Origin: Anthoceros angustus
Lineage: Eukaryota > Plantae > Anthocerotophyta
Direction of reading: 5' to 3'
NCBI GenBank assembly: GCA_010909165.1
Contig: MU008150.1
Coordinates: 589,116 to 653,115, forward strand
DNA length: 64,000 nucleotides
Each line of letters begins with the position of its first letter. Position 1 is the first letter of the stretch. Shown here piece by piece: positions 48,512 to 60,083 of this stretch. Made by a program: the position numbers and the translations under genes. Below the pieces are notes generated by a model. The model was given only the letters and a program-made list of their open reading frames with translations, made no database searches and was not told where the DNA came from.

Positions 48512-50100
48512 AATAGTTTACTGGACATGCACTCGAAGTGCGGGAACATTAAGGATGCGCAACGTGTTTTGAACAATTTCCCTATCAAGGATGTGGTATC
48601 CTGGAATGCGATGATTGCTGGATATGCTCAGGAGGAGAAAATGGGTCAGGAAGCCCTCCGCCGTTATGAGGCTATGCAAGAAGAAGGTGAAGTTGCTCCT
48701 AACGCAGTAACATTTATCTGCATGTTGCAAGCATGTTCAAGTCTGGGTGTCTCAGGGTTACAGAAGGGAAGGCAGCGACACGTGCAACTTGTGGACCGTG
48801 GACTCAGAGCTGACGTTGTTTTGGGTGGCAGCTTGGTCAACATGTACGTTAAGTGTGAGAGCCTAAATGATGCGCAGTGGGTGTTTAACAGACTTCACGA
48901 AAAAAATGTCGTGACTTGGACTGCCATGATCACAGGGTATGCACAGCAAGAGGGTTTGGGCCTGGAAGCCCTTCACAGTACTATGTCGAAAGAGGTTATA
49001 CTTGCGACTGCTGTGACTTATGTTTGCCTCCTGCAGGCCTGTGCAACAGCGGGTGCCACAGCCATACGGAAGGGGAAACAGCTTCATGCACAGATTGAAG
49101 ATAGATACTGATGTAGCTGTTAGTGGCAGCCTGGTAAACATGTATACAAGGTGTGGGCAGTTGAAGGATGCACAGAGGGTATTTGACAGTCTTTGTGGCA
49201 AAGTGTGGCAACTTGGAATTCCCTGATTGCAGGATATTTTACAGCACGAGGGCTTGTGCCAGGAAGCCCTTTTTCTTTACACTAAAATGCTGGAAGGAGG
49301 CATTGCTGTTCCCGATTCTGTGACCTTTGTGTGCCTCTTTCAGGCATGTGCTATGGGGTGTGTGTCAGCTTTATACATGAAACAACTTCATGCAAAGATT
49401 GAAGAGCAGGGACTTCAGGCTGATATGGTGGTGGGTGGCAGCTTGGTAAACATGTACGCAAAGTGTGTGGGACACTTAGAAAAAATTTTATGGACTCATT
49501 GAGAAAAGTGTGATCACTTAGAATCATATGCACAGCAAGAAGGGAGGGCCACGGAAGCTCCTTGCCTGCACAACAAGATGCAGGAAGAAAGTGGTGTTGT
49601 TCCTGATGCAGTAACATTTGTTTGCATCCTGCAGGCATGTGCAACTGTAGGTGATTCAGCTGTAGAGAACGGATTGCAGGTACAGGCGCACATCAAAGAG
49701 AGGAACCTTGAAGCTTACTTGTGAAGTAAAAGTCTTTGCATAAGGGACGAACTGTTCATGCTGAAGCTTTTCGAAGGGGTTATGGATCAAATGTATTCGA
49801 GGGCAACTCTCTGATCCACATGTATGCCAGGTGTGGGAGCATGGAGGACGCTCAACAGGTGTCTGATGGCTTGCTGGAGCGGAATGTGATCTCCTGGAAC
49901 GCTATGATGGCAGGATATGCTCTGCAACGCCAGGTGAAGAAGTCTCTGCAACGCCAGGTGAAGAAGTCTCTGCAACTCTATGCCCAGATGCAGGAACAAG
50001 GGATCAGACCAGATGTGTGGACCTTTTCCACTGTGCTCACAGCATGTGGTGGCCCTGCGGAACTAGAAGAACTCAGTTCACGATGGGCAGCGGATTAAGG
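48512..50100 (+). pseudogene. PLS-class PPR gene relic
   Basis: Repeating P/L/S motifs (NSLLDMHSKCG, DVVSWNAMIAGYAQ, PNAVTFICMLQAC, GSLVNMYVKC); several stops and frameshifts; 24-bp in-frame duplication (LQRQVKKS x2); no start and no DYW domain seen. Confidence 0.85.
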
Positions 50101-51398
50101 CAATTGCTCGACAGGAGGGGAGGAAGGCTAATGATGCTGAAATCATGATTTGGAGGACCAATGCAAGCTCGACAGCTTGACATGGTCTTGGATACCTTAC
50201 ACTGCAAAGACCAGCACAGCGTGGAGAACAGTTATTTTCTTCTTCTGAAGACATGTATCAGAACTAAGTCCATTGCTGTATTTAGCTGTGATCAAGAGAA
50301 CTGAATGTGGCAAGGTATGTCCGCCCGCCAGCTTGCCAATGACCCGAATTGGTCAATTCAGAGAGGCCAAGTGAATATTCCAAAGCGAAGGCCTAATGAT
50401 CAAAAGCACTGGTCTAGTCTAAATCTGCAAACCCAACAACCGTACAAAATTCTCTTTCAAAGGAAAGAGGTCGAGTTCGAGCAAGGTGCAACACTTTCCG
50501 GTACATTGTCTGCAAAAGTGTCTTCCCCTGATGGTCAGCTTCATCTCTCCGACTTGTTTGATGTCGCTAAAATCCTGTATCTCAGACATTGAAGTATCCC
50601 TCTCCGCATGTGAAAGATCTTCAGCTTCACCTGCCCCGGTCGAGAGTGGGTGGGTTCACTTGCAGTGATGGCTACTCCTATGGCCAGACGGGCCAGGGTG
50701 CTCCCTTCCACCCATTCTGCAATCTCTCGTTTCCGTTCTCAGGCGACTCATTCTTGTGAGCCACTTCCAGAACCACAATTGGGCAACATCGCACGGCCTC
50801 TCGATCGGGCACCATACTGCGATCGGGCTCTTTTTTTTATCTTTTGCCCAACTTCATGTCTCAACTCCCCAATAAAAACTTCATCAATAACAGTAGGATC
50901 ACATTATAATCAGGCAAATGTGCTACCCTCTCATCATCTAGAGTAGGGCTGGGCTCCCATGTTAAGCGCCTGTCAGACCGTTGGCCTGTCAACCACTCCT
51001 CAAACAATGCCTCTGATACATCATCAGCAACCAAATATAGGCCCTTGTTCCATGTGCATCCGTGTGGGCTTGTGTATTATCTCGAATGGTTCTCGCCAAG
51101 CCTGTATCCAAGTCTATGTATCAAACATCAAACATATGTGATTGTGAAGCGAAAGTGACACAGCGCTCTAAAGGGCTCGGAGGAAAACGCAAGTACTTTA
51201 ACAGTTTCTTCTTCATAATCCCATCGCCGTATTGATCGCGAAAACCATGTCACAAGCATTGCACAAAGCTCACGACCCTTACAACCCAACAACCTACTAG
51301 TAGGGGCGCGGACATTCAAGGATCCACATACAAAGGCAGACAAAGCTCACATTGGCAATGGAACCCTACCACAGGACTTGATCAATACAAATATCGGC

Positions 51399-51520
51399 GA
51401 ACCATGAAGTGCGGTCAAGCGCGATGGAGCTACGAACCATGAAGTGCACCAACGCTTAGCGATGGAGCTATTGTACGAACCATGAAGTGCACCAACGCTT
51501 AGCGGTGGAGCTATTGTGCA
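51399..51520. repeat. 43-bp tandem repeat (about 2.7 copies, first one shortened)
   Basis: GAACCATGAAGTGC at 51399, 51434 and 51477. Confidence 0.85.
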
Positions 51521-51713
51521 AGTATTTAGGATTTGAAGTGATAAAGATTATCTTAAGCAAGTGTTGGAAGGAAGTGTTTAGGATTTATGGTTCATCAAAT
51601 ATGAAAAGTATAAAATAACAAGTACATACAGGTTTGTGTGCATGCTTTTTATTACTATATATAATTTTTTCTTTTACTGAATATAATTTTTTTATTGTAC
51701 GAATTGTTTTAGA

Positions 51714-51903
51714 GGCAAAACCTGCTCAAGGAAGTCAAATGGCCTACTATTTTACAGGCAAAACTTGCGCAAGGAGGTCAAATGGCCTACTATTTTACGG
51801 AAGGAGGTCAAATGGCCTGCTATTTTACAGGCAACCTGCACAAGGAGGTCAAATGGCCTACTGTTTTGCAGGCAAAACCTGCGCAAGGAGGTCAAATGGC
51901 CTG
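51714..51903. repeat. 43-bp tandem repeat (about 5 copies, some shortened)
   Basis: Unit GGCAAAACCTGC(G/T)CAAGGAGGTCAAATGGCCTACTATTTTACA, starts at 51714 and 51757. Confidence 0.9.
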
Positions 51904-52512
51904 GAACTATGTCCGCACCTTGTGCACACGAGTGACGTGTTTTGAGTTAGGGATAGAAGCATGGCGAGTTACAAGCAGCTGAAGTACGCAGTTAGGTCTG
52001 CTGTAACTGGGAAGCAACCTTTTGCAAGACAAGGTGCCTCTGCACATGCACTAGTCTCATGATAGGGTTCATATCTTTAGCAACGAGCTCAGAAGCTTGC
52101 GCTTATCAGCCAGCATCGATGTAGGGGTGTACATCAGCTTCTTTTGGTAGCATCAACACTTAGTTGTCGCGTGATCCTGTGACCCATGTTTGGTGGCAGT
52201 CTCATTGTGAAAGCTCTGGTTTCTGGTGTTTTCAAAGAGGGCAGTGGAGTCTGCCACATGAGAACAGGCAGAAGCATTTTGCGTCTCCGTCTGCGTCTGG
52301 GAGCAGAGCTCAACACAGCCTAGCCACAGAGGTCTTCGAGACGTATGCTGCATAGTCTGGGGAATCGGTGGAGCGGGAGGTTCCATATGCCAGACTAGGT
52401 ATAGAGCGGGGCACCGCGGAGGGTGGAGGTGTTATCGTCAGGGGCAGCGAGGAGCAGCACATGACGTGCAAAGTTTAATTTTTTTAAATTATGTGTCCAT
52501 GCGTAGCCGTGG

Positions 52513-52583
52513 GCACCGGTGGTCTAGTGGTAGAATAGTACCCTGCCACGGTACAGACCCGGGTTCGATTCCCGGCCGGTGCA
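52513..52583 (+). tRNA. trnG-GCC: tRNA-Gly(GCC)
   Basis: GCACCGG/CCGGTGC acceptor stem, anticodon arm GTACC-CTGCCAC-GGTAC, T-loop GTTCGATTC; matches the plant cytosolic tRNA-Gly consensus. Confidence 0.97.
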
Positions 52584-52611
52584 CCTCACTTGAGTGGACA
52601 AATATTGGCCC

Positions 52612-52617
52612 TTTTTT
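52612..52617 (+). terminator. Pol III T-run terminator of tRNA-Gly
   Basis: T6 starting 29 nt after the mature 3' end. Confidence 0.7.
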
Positions 52618-52623
52618 CGTACA

Positions 52624-52925
52624 AGGGTTTCCTGCTCAGTTGTAGCCAAGTGCAGGAGGTCGCGAGTTCGAATCTCGCAATGCGGAGGGATCCATTATTC
52701 CTACTCTTCTTTTCTACTTCTATCCATCCCATTACTCCTCTTTCATTTTTGTTTAGTCCTCCCACCTTTTTTCTCTAATCTTAATGTATTATTTTTTAAA
52801 CATTGGGGGGCCTAGTCCCCCCTGACCCGGGGCGTTCTAGAGGGTTGTTTCTGCCCATCGCCCCAGTGTAGATCGGACTTCCCATCTTTGTACATTTATA
52901 AAGTCGTCATGTTTATTTTATTTTT
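52624..52925 (+). mobile_element. tRNA-derived SINE-like element (tentative)
   Basis: A-box-like GCTCAGTTGTAGC, perfect T-arm GCGAG-TTCGAAT-CTCGC, then a tail shared with 24742-24845 ending in TTTA-rich sequence. Confidence 0.35.
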
Positions 52926-54108
52926 TACTAGGTTTGTTTTCTTTTACTTTTATCCTTATAACACTCGAAAGTTTTCTTCGTTTTTTTCTTGGAGCTCAAA
53001 CTACACCTTGGCCAATGGAGCCACTTGAAGTTCCACCTCCGTGATTTATCTTTGATTATGATCTTTGAACAAATCTCAAGTGTTTAGACTTGAATTGCAT
53101 GATACATTCAGGCTTGAATTGCCTAAAACGTTTAGACCTAAATCTAAGCTTGAAATGATTTACACATGCACATGAATCGATCAAGCTAACATTAAGTTGT
53201 GCTTAAAATGAATATAAGCTCCATCCATTCATCTCAGCCTCTGCTGATTCCTCCAATGCAATGAACCATATATGAACCTTCCTCCAATGCAATGAACCAT
53301 ATATGAACCAGTAGCACTCGATCACTGATGTCCTAAGGTGTGATTGGGGGTTTGAATTTAGAATGGGGAAGGAAGGAAGTAAGAGGAACATGACCCAGTT
53401 AGTGACTAGATCGTGAAGTCATGAGGCCACATTCGAAACAATGGTGTCATTGCAAGAATTGGCATGGCGGTATGACATCTTGCATACTGCCACCACAACT
53501 TGTAGAATCGGCATCGACTTCACACTGCTACAAATCCTCTCAAAACATGCACCATCTCCTCGATCTTGCAAGTGCTACCTCTTAGGCCCGAATTAGTTCA
53601 TATGCATATTGATTTAAGCTTGATTTAGATTGGCCTTAGGCAATTGAATCAATCAAGCCGATCGCAACGGATCGACCACGGCTTTCTTTGGGGCAAGGCT
53701 CGCTCTAGCTCCTCCATGCGCGGGCGGGCTCCACGGCGATAACTCAAAAATTGAGGTAGTGCAAAATCGCCATACTATCCTCTTACTCATCTACCATATC
53801 TATCAAATGTCATTGGTTTTCCTTTGTATAAATGTCATCAAACTTATTTGCATCGTTACACATAGTATGTAGCATACCAATCTAAATCACCAAAAGTTGG
53901 AGGAAAACATTTGTGTGGAGCAGAAAACTTTGTGGAGCTGGCCCACCACCTAGCTTGGGGCACCTAGGTGAAGGTCTAGCTTTGCCCTAGTTCGGTTTTC
54001 GTTTTAAGGAGCTCAAGTTGGGCCAGTCGACCGTTATTTTCTAATTTATTTGTTTTTTTTATTGCGGCTAGACCACTAACCAAACCTGATCGGAGGATTG
54101 CCATCGGA

Positions 54109-54201
54109 ATCATGGTTCATGATAAAAAAATAACGCCTAGATCATGGTTTATGATAAAAATAACGCCTTAGATCATAATTTACGATAAAAACAACGCCTA
54201 G
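54109..54201. repeat. 30-32-bp tandem repeat x3
   Basis: ATCATGGTT(C/T)ATGATAAAAA..AACGCCTAG repeated. Confidence 0.85.
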
Positions 54202-54648
54202 AAATAAGCGATCGATGCATTTGACCGAGGACGGCCCAACAACCGCGCATGGACTGATGAGCCTAGGTGAGATTTTAGCTAGCTTCAGGCACCAAGTTGG
54301 AGCTCTAAGCCAGGTGATGCGCCACCTCAGCACCCAAAAAAAGGGGTCCACAAGACGTTTTCCGCATAAAAGAAAAAAGGTTACAAGAAGTTTTCTCTGT
54401 ATGCCATAATAGTATTAGAATGAATTACTCAATAAATAATATAAACAAAAGTAAAAAATACTAATAATAGTGAGAGAATATTGAAAGAAGTCTAGCACTC
54501 AAAGGGAAACCGGTGTACCGGTGTACCCTGAGATTGAAACGGAACGGGGACTGACTCTGTTTAAAAGGTGCCCCGTGTGGAAACCTGGGCGGAATTCAGT
54601 GAATCTCGCAGAAGGAAGCCTGATCGGAGGGAGGAAGTGAAGGGAGAG

Positions 54649-55660
54649 ATGTGGAGGACGGCTTTGGTTGTGGCGGCCTTGCTGCTAGCGGCCCAGGCGT
54701 TTGCCGCGGCCGAGAGCAATGACGATCGCATTGCGGATCTGTTACTGCAGCAGGAGCAGGCGGCGGACGGCGTGATCCGGCTGGATGATGGCGGCCTGAG
54801 GAGGTTTGCGATGCAGCCTGAGGGCCGGCCGTACTCGCTCATCTTCTTCTTCGATGCGCTGCAGCTGCGGGAGAAGACGGAGCTGAAGCTGGAGGAGTTG
54901 AGGCGGGAGTTCGGTCTGGTCGCCACATCCTATGCCAAGCACAACCAGGACCAGCCGGCGGCTTCCAAGGTTTTCTTCGTGGACATGGAGTTCAAGCAGA
55001 GTCCCGGGAGCTTTGCCTTGTTCGGAGTGAACTCGCTGCCGAGCATCCGGCACCTGCCCCCGGGTAAGGTGGAGCTGAAGCAGAGCCATGCCGCGGAGCC
55101 AGGGGACATGTCCCGGGCTGCAGATAGCATCGCGGCGTTCGTGGAGGCGCGCACCGGGTTCAGGTAGGGCAAATTCAGCGGCCGCCGCTGGTGTCGCGGC
55201 AGATGATTGTTCTGGCGGGAGGATTGCTGGTGGCCGCTCCTTCGTGGCGAAGATGCTTATGGCGCCGAACTCGCCGCTGCATGAGCGGGAGGTGTGGTGC
55301 GGAGGGGCGCTCTTGATCTACTTCTTCAGCGTCTCCGGCGGCATGTTTAACATCATCCGCGGGATGCCGCTCTTCATGCCGGATCGGAGCAATCCCGGGA
55401 AGCTGCTGTTCTTCTACCAGCAGTCTGGCATGCAGCTCGGAGCTGAGGGCTTTGTGGTCGGATTCCTCTACACTCTTGTCGGGGTTACTGTGGCTGCCGT
55501 GAGCCATTTCGTCGTCCGGCTCAGGTCCAGGATGGTGCAGCGGACTGTCATGGTGGTCGGCATGACAGTCTGCTTCTGGGCCGTCCGGGCAGTCATGTTT
55601 TTGGACAATTGGAAGACAGGTTACCAGATTCATGCATATTGGCCCTCCCGTTGGACATAG
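54649..55660 (+). CDS. OST3B: Oligosaccharyltransferase subunit OST3/OST6 family, intronless
   Basis: Signal peptide MWRTALVVAALLLAAQAFA, thioredoxin-like lumenal part, SGGMFNIIRGMP, QSGMQLGAEGFVVGFLY, LDNWKTGYQIHAYWPSRW; frameshift near 55170-55190. Confidence 0.92.
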
Positions 55661-55881
55661 GCTGAAAGAAGGTATCGTCGTACATAATCGGTTCGTACTA
55701 GGTGGGTAGCATGGTAGGCAGAGAAACCATAAGATAACTATGGCTGAGGTCCGAAGTGCGTTCAGGTGAATACCCAAAGGAGGGCTCCGCTGGGTTAAAC
55801 TGATCTTAAGTTCATAGGTAGAAGGTACCCAATAACGGGAATTTGTTGTCTCAGAATTAAGGAGCTGGCCAAAGAATGTCC

Positions 55882-57675
55882 CTATTCGCTGATGACCCCC
55901 GATACCCAAGGCACGACAGTCGGAGCTTTTGGGTGGGATGAGCGGTACTCCTCGCTGTACGTACCTTTAAAATTCAGCTTTGGTTCCAACGCCTGCAGAG
56001 GACAACAGCCGTTTGCGTCAACGCAGAGTATTGGAATTCGTGTCGCCGGGAAATGGAAAGTAAGCTTGAACGACAGGACCAACCTGTTTCAACCAGCATT
56101 CATGATGTTTGTGTTCATATATATCTGGGGAAAAACAACCCTCCTCTGAAGGACAGTACACCCATATGTTGCATTTCAGTTCACCGTCCTTGGCATTTCT
56201 TGCCTGATCATGACATGCTTGACAGCAATCTGCTGCGGTATCTGTTGGATGTGTGAGACCCCATCTCACAGCCAACCCGTCATAATCTGTGTGGTATTCA
56301 GGATTACATCCTTTTGCAAAAGGCTTGCCGGTCTCAGTGGCCCCTCTGCATATGGCCAGGCCGCAGCTTCAGTCATGCCGGATATCACACCTAGCACAAA
56401 ATAGAAGGAGGTGCATGCGAGCTTACCCATCTCGACATCCTTCTGTTTGACTTGGGCACTTTCGTCCTCAGCGTCCTCCAGAACAGCTCCATGCACTGGA
56501 TCCCAGCCGACCTCCACTTTCTTCACAGCCTCTGCTCAGGTGATCCCCATTCACAGATTTGCAAACATGTAGCCCACAGCCCTTAAGTTGCTACTACTGC
56601 AACGCCAAAGTGTCTGCAGACAGTCCAAAGAATGAAGCTATGACTGAAAGCCTGCAATCCCAGGTGCACATCTTTCGATGCACTGCCAATCAGTCACACC
56701 GCAGCAAGTTCTGGGTCACACCTGAGCTGGCCCCTAGCTTTCTCTTCAGCCCGTTGCTGAGACTTTTCCGCCATTCTTCAAGCTACAGAGTGACACAGCA
56801 AAGGCGCTTAGGTTTCACGCAACGACCTTCCAATAAGTACAGGGCAGAGAACCTCAGGAGGGATTGAAGAAGACAGGGATGACAGACTGAAGGAACCAAC
56901 CTTGCTGGCTACTCTGGTTGTTCGAATTCTTTAGCTCTTTAACCCTTTCTGCAAGTTCAGCGGCGACCTTCTGTCTGGCGTAACCTGCCTCACTGTCGCG
57001 TGCAGCCTTGTCATCAGACTCAGCTTTTATCTCCTTAACCTAGTAGAGAACGGAAGAGGCAATCGTGAGGAGACCATGTGAAATGCACACCTCAAAGAGA
57101 CCACGTGAAATGCACCCCTCAAAATAATAAACTGGAGCCAGACAAGCAAAAGTCAGCCACATTGAAGTCATCGGCAGGCAGTACTATACCCTTTGTATAA
57201 GCGCATGCGGCACTGCTTTCAATCGCGCCGCATGAAGTTCTCTGATGTCTTTCTCTTCAGCTTCAGTTTGCAACACTGCATATCGAGAAGCAAACCTCCG
57301 TCAAATACAGAAAAACCCTACCAAATCGAATACAGCCGCCTTCCAACACACCAATCCAGCACAATCCAAACCTGAATCCAAAAACTGTACAACCAACCCT
57401 AGCCGCGCCAAGCATCACCAACACCAGCCAAGCATCCAAATTCCACCTCCACTTCCATCCTACCCGATCCTGCTCCCCCTGCATGCAGACGCATGCACCC
57501 ACATACCATCGCTCGATTCCTGCAACGTCCAGCTCTGCATAGACGGCCGATGGAAATAAACCGGACTGAGCAGAGAATGCAACATGACAAGCGCGGCCAC
57601 CACATTCCCTCCGCACACCACCATAGTCGCATGCTTGTACGAGCATCTCGCTCTGCCAAGAAACCCGTGCGCCAT
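55882..57675 (-). CDS. Conserved plant membrane-anchored protein with Cys-rich apple/PAN-like C-terminus (At4g33380-like)
   Basis: N-terminal CSYKHATMVVCGGNVVAALVML; AVRWGLTHPTDTAADCCQAC, KCNIWVYCPSEEGCFSPDIYEHKHHECWLKQ, HPKAPTVVPWVSGV. Confidence 0.85.
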
Positions 57676-58501
57676 GCCTCCTCCCAGCACCAGGAGCCGA
57701 CAGCTCCTCCCTTCCTATCTTTCCCGCCTAAAGCCTAACCATTCTCAGACGGCAGAATCACCATCGATCTGCAAAATCCCCGCCAATCCCCGAAGCCGTC
57801 TCCTCCAACCATGGACCCTCCAGGCCGCACCCGACCCTGAGATCTCGAGACGCAGCAGCAACAAGCGCCTCCGACATGAGGCAAGATCCGGCCTGTCTCC
57901 TCCTGTCAGGTCATGCCGGAACGGGGCACCGCAAGCCCGCGCACAGGCCGAGGGCGATCGCGCTTGGGTCCAGTCCCGACCGATCGACCGCGGGCCCTTC
58001 GCCCGCCACGCTCGAGATGGTGGCCGAACAAGGCCCTTTGGAGCCTCGACACTCCACGCATGACCAGAAACACAAGCACACAGCAACGCATTTTGCATCA
58101 GGCAAATCGGAATTAGACATTAGACTACAGTGGCGAACAAGCCCATCCGTGCAATATATTATTGTCGCGCGTGACAACCAATAGCATTTTTGTCGGACTC
58201 TGGCTCCTCCTAATGCTATCTATTTTTAGATGCCCGAAACTCACCCACGCGCCCCGACCTAGGTATTCATTCAATCATTTTTCAACTCCTTGGTGGAGTT
58301 TATCCAAGTTTGAGTTGTGTTATGTAAGTGGAATTCCTATATTTCAGTCTATCTGTATTTTTATTTATTTATTTATAAAGTATTTATGTCTTTTTTTCCT
58401 TCTCAATCAATATTTATCATGAGAATTGGAGAATATTAATTCTTTATATCTATATACATGAATAAACATGTTCAATTAAAAATTTTATTTTTATATGTAC
58501 C

Positions 58502-59200
58502 TAATCTATGTTGTGGATAGTTACAACATTTCCCCTACCTAATTTGTGTCGTAACCCTCATTCAAAATTTTAAATTTTCTATTTTCTGTTTAATCTAAGT
58601 TGTGGATAGTTACAACACTTCCACCCCTACCTAATTTGTGTGTAGCCCTCGTTCAAAATTTGCAGATGCAATTGAAATAGCTTAAACACGAAGATGCAAG
58701 ATGTAATTGAAATAACTTAAACAACGCATGATACAAGATGATACAAGATGCAATTGAAATAGCTTAAACGATTACATGATACTAGATGTAATTGAAATAG
58801 CTTACCGGGATCAAGATGCATTAGAATTAACCTAAGCACACCATGATACGAGATAAAACTAAAAGAGCTCAAGCACACCATGATACAGGTTGTCGGAGAC
58901 TAAGTCCATGAAGAAAAAGCCATCCTTGATGGACTGTAGCAAATTCTTCGTCTTACACTATTTATAGACTTGCTTGTCTATTGCTTGTTCAATGTAGTCC
59001 TATGTGGATCCAAATGAAATTCTTCTTCTTCTTTCTACACTGTGGACAAAGTCCATGCAAGAATCGTGAGAGAAAAAAGAGTCACTATTTAGAGACTTGC
59101 TTGTCCAAAGGGCCACTATTTAGAGACTTGCCTGGTCCAAAGGCTTTCTAGACTCTGGACAAGAGTCCATGAAACGAATCAGGAGAGAAAGAAGAGTCCA
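58502..59200. repeat. Compound repeat block (89-bp duplication, ~40-bp GATG(C/T)AATTGAAATAGCTTA repeats, ACTATTT(A)TAGACTTGC repeats); probably transposon-derived
   Basis: TAATCTA.GTTGTGGATAGTTACAAC at 58502 and 58591; further local repeats to about 59130. Confidence 0.7.
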
Positions 59201-59304
59201 TAAAACGTTAACTACAATCGCGACAAGGACAAACCGGGACCAGGCACCTGGAACAACGCAAGCGTGAAGGGCACATGGTCACTATGCCAACGCCGTTAAA
59301 CTGG

Positions 59305-60031
59305 TCACATCTTCTTTCTGGAAGGCTCCTGATGAGACCCTGCTTCCTAAGAGACTTGATGTACTCCTCATCAAAGAAAACTTGTGTTCGCCCATGAAGT
59401 GAAGAAAACTCCCAAGGGTAAATCCCGGTGTTGTGTAGATCATCGAAGGAAATCCTGCAAGCCATGCGCACGTAGTTCAGATGAAGCACAGTAGCATCTG
59501 GTGACCGATAGTTGTTGATAGAGATGTGTGTACCGAATCCCGTAGTTCCCAACAGCCTCCACGGAGACAATGCCGACGTGCTTCCTCCCAGATATAACCT
59601 GCGTTTTGTAGTTCGACTCCAGAGTTAACGTATCGCCCACCTCCATATCTGGTCAAGAGAGGGGATGATGGTGGGTTGTGTGGGGACGAAGCTACCTTCT
59701 GCTCTTTTCGTGCTCTGAGCCCTTTGCTGTCGGCAGCTGGGCTGTGCACTCGCAGGAACTCGGCTGTGAAGCGGAAGTGGTTACCGTCATCGAATTGCAC
59801 CTCGAGAGCCTGCATTTGTAGTCAGAGACCTTCGGAAGCAGGAAGGAAGTCCAAGAGGAAGAGCAGTTTGAAGCGTTTGGGGTTTGGGAGTCGTGGTGCT
59901 CACATTGAGGAAGGGATGGTCCGGGGAGACCTTCGCAGCGCAACTTGAACTGGGCGGGCCTTGGAAGCTGAGGAGATTGTGGCCAAGGTCCGTACAGCTG
60001 CTGCTGCTGCTGTCCAGGCTTGAAGACCCAT
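59305..60031 (-). CDS. DUF971 / GBBH-like N-terminal domain protein
   Basis: LEVQFDDGNHFRFTAEFLRVHSPAAD, VISGRKHVGIVSVEAVGNYGIR, ISFDDLHNTGIYPW; presequence-like MGLQAWTAAAAAVRTLATISS. Confidence 0.85.
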
Positions 60032-60083
60032 CTGCACCCTTGCCCGTGGATGTCAACCTGAGGTGGGCTTACGGAGCTTCGCA

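Noticed and set aside
50240-52450. Short ORFs between the PPR relic and tRNA-Gly
   Set aside because: No family motifs or consistent splice structure.
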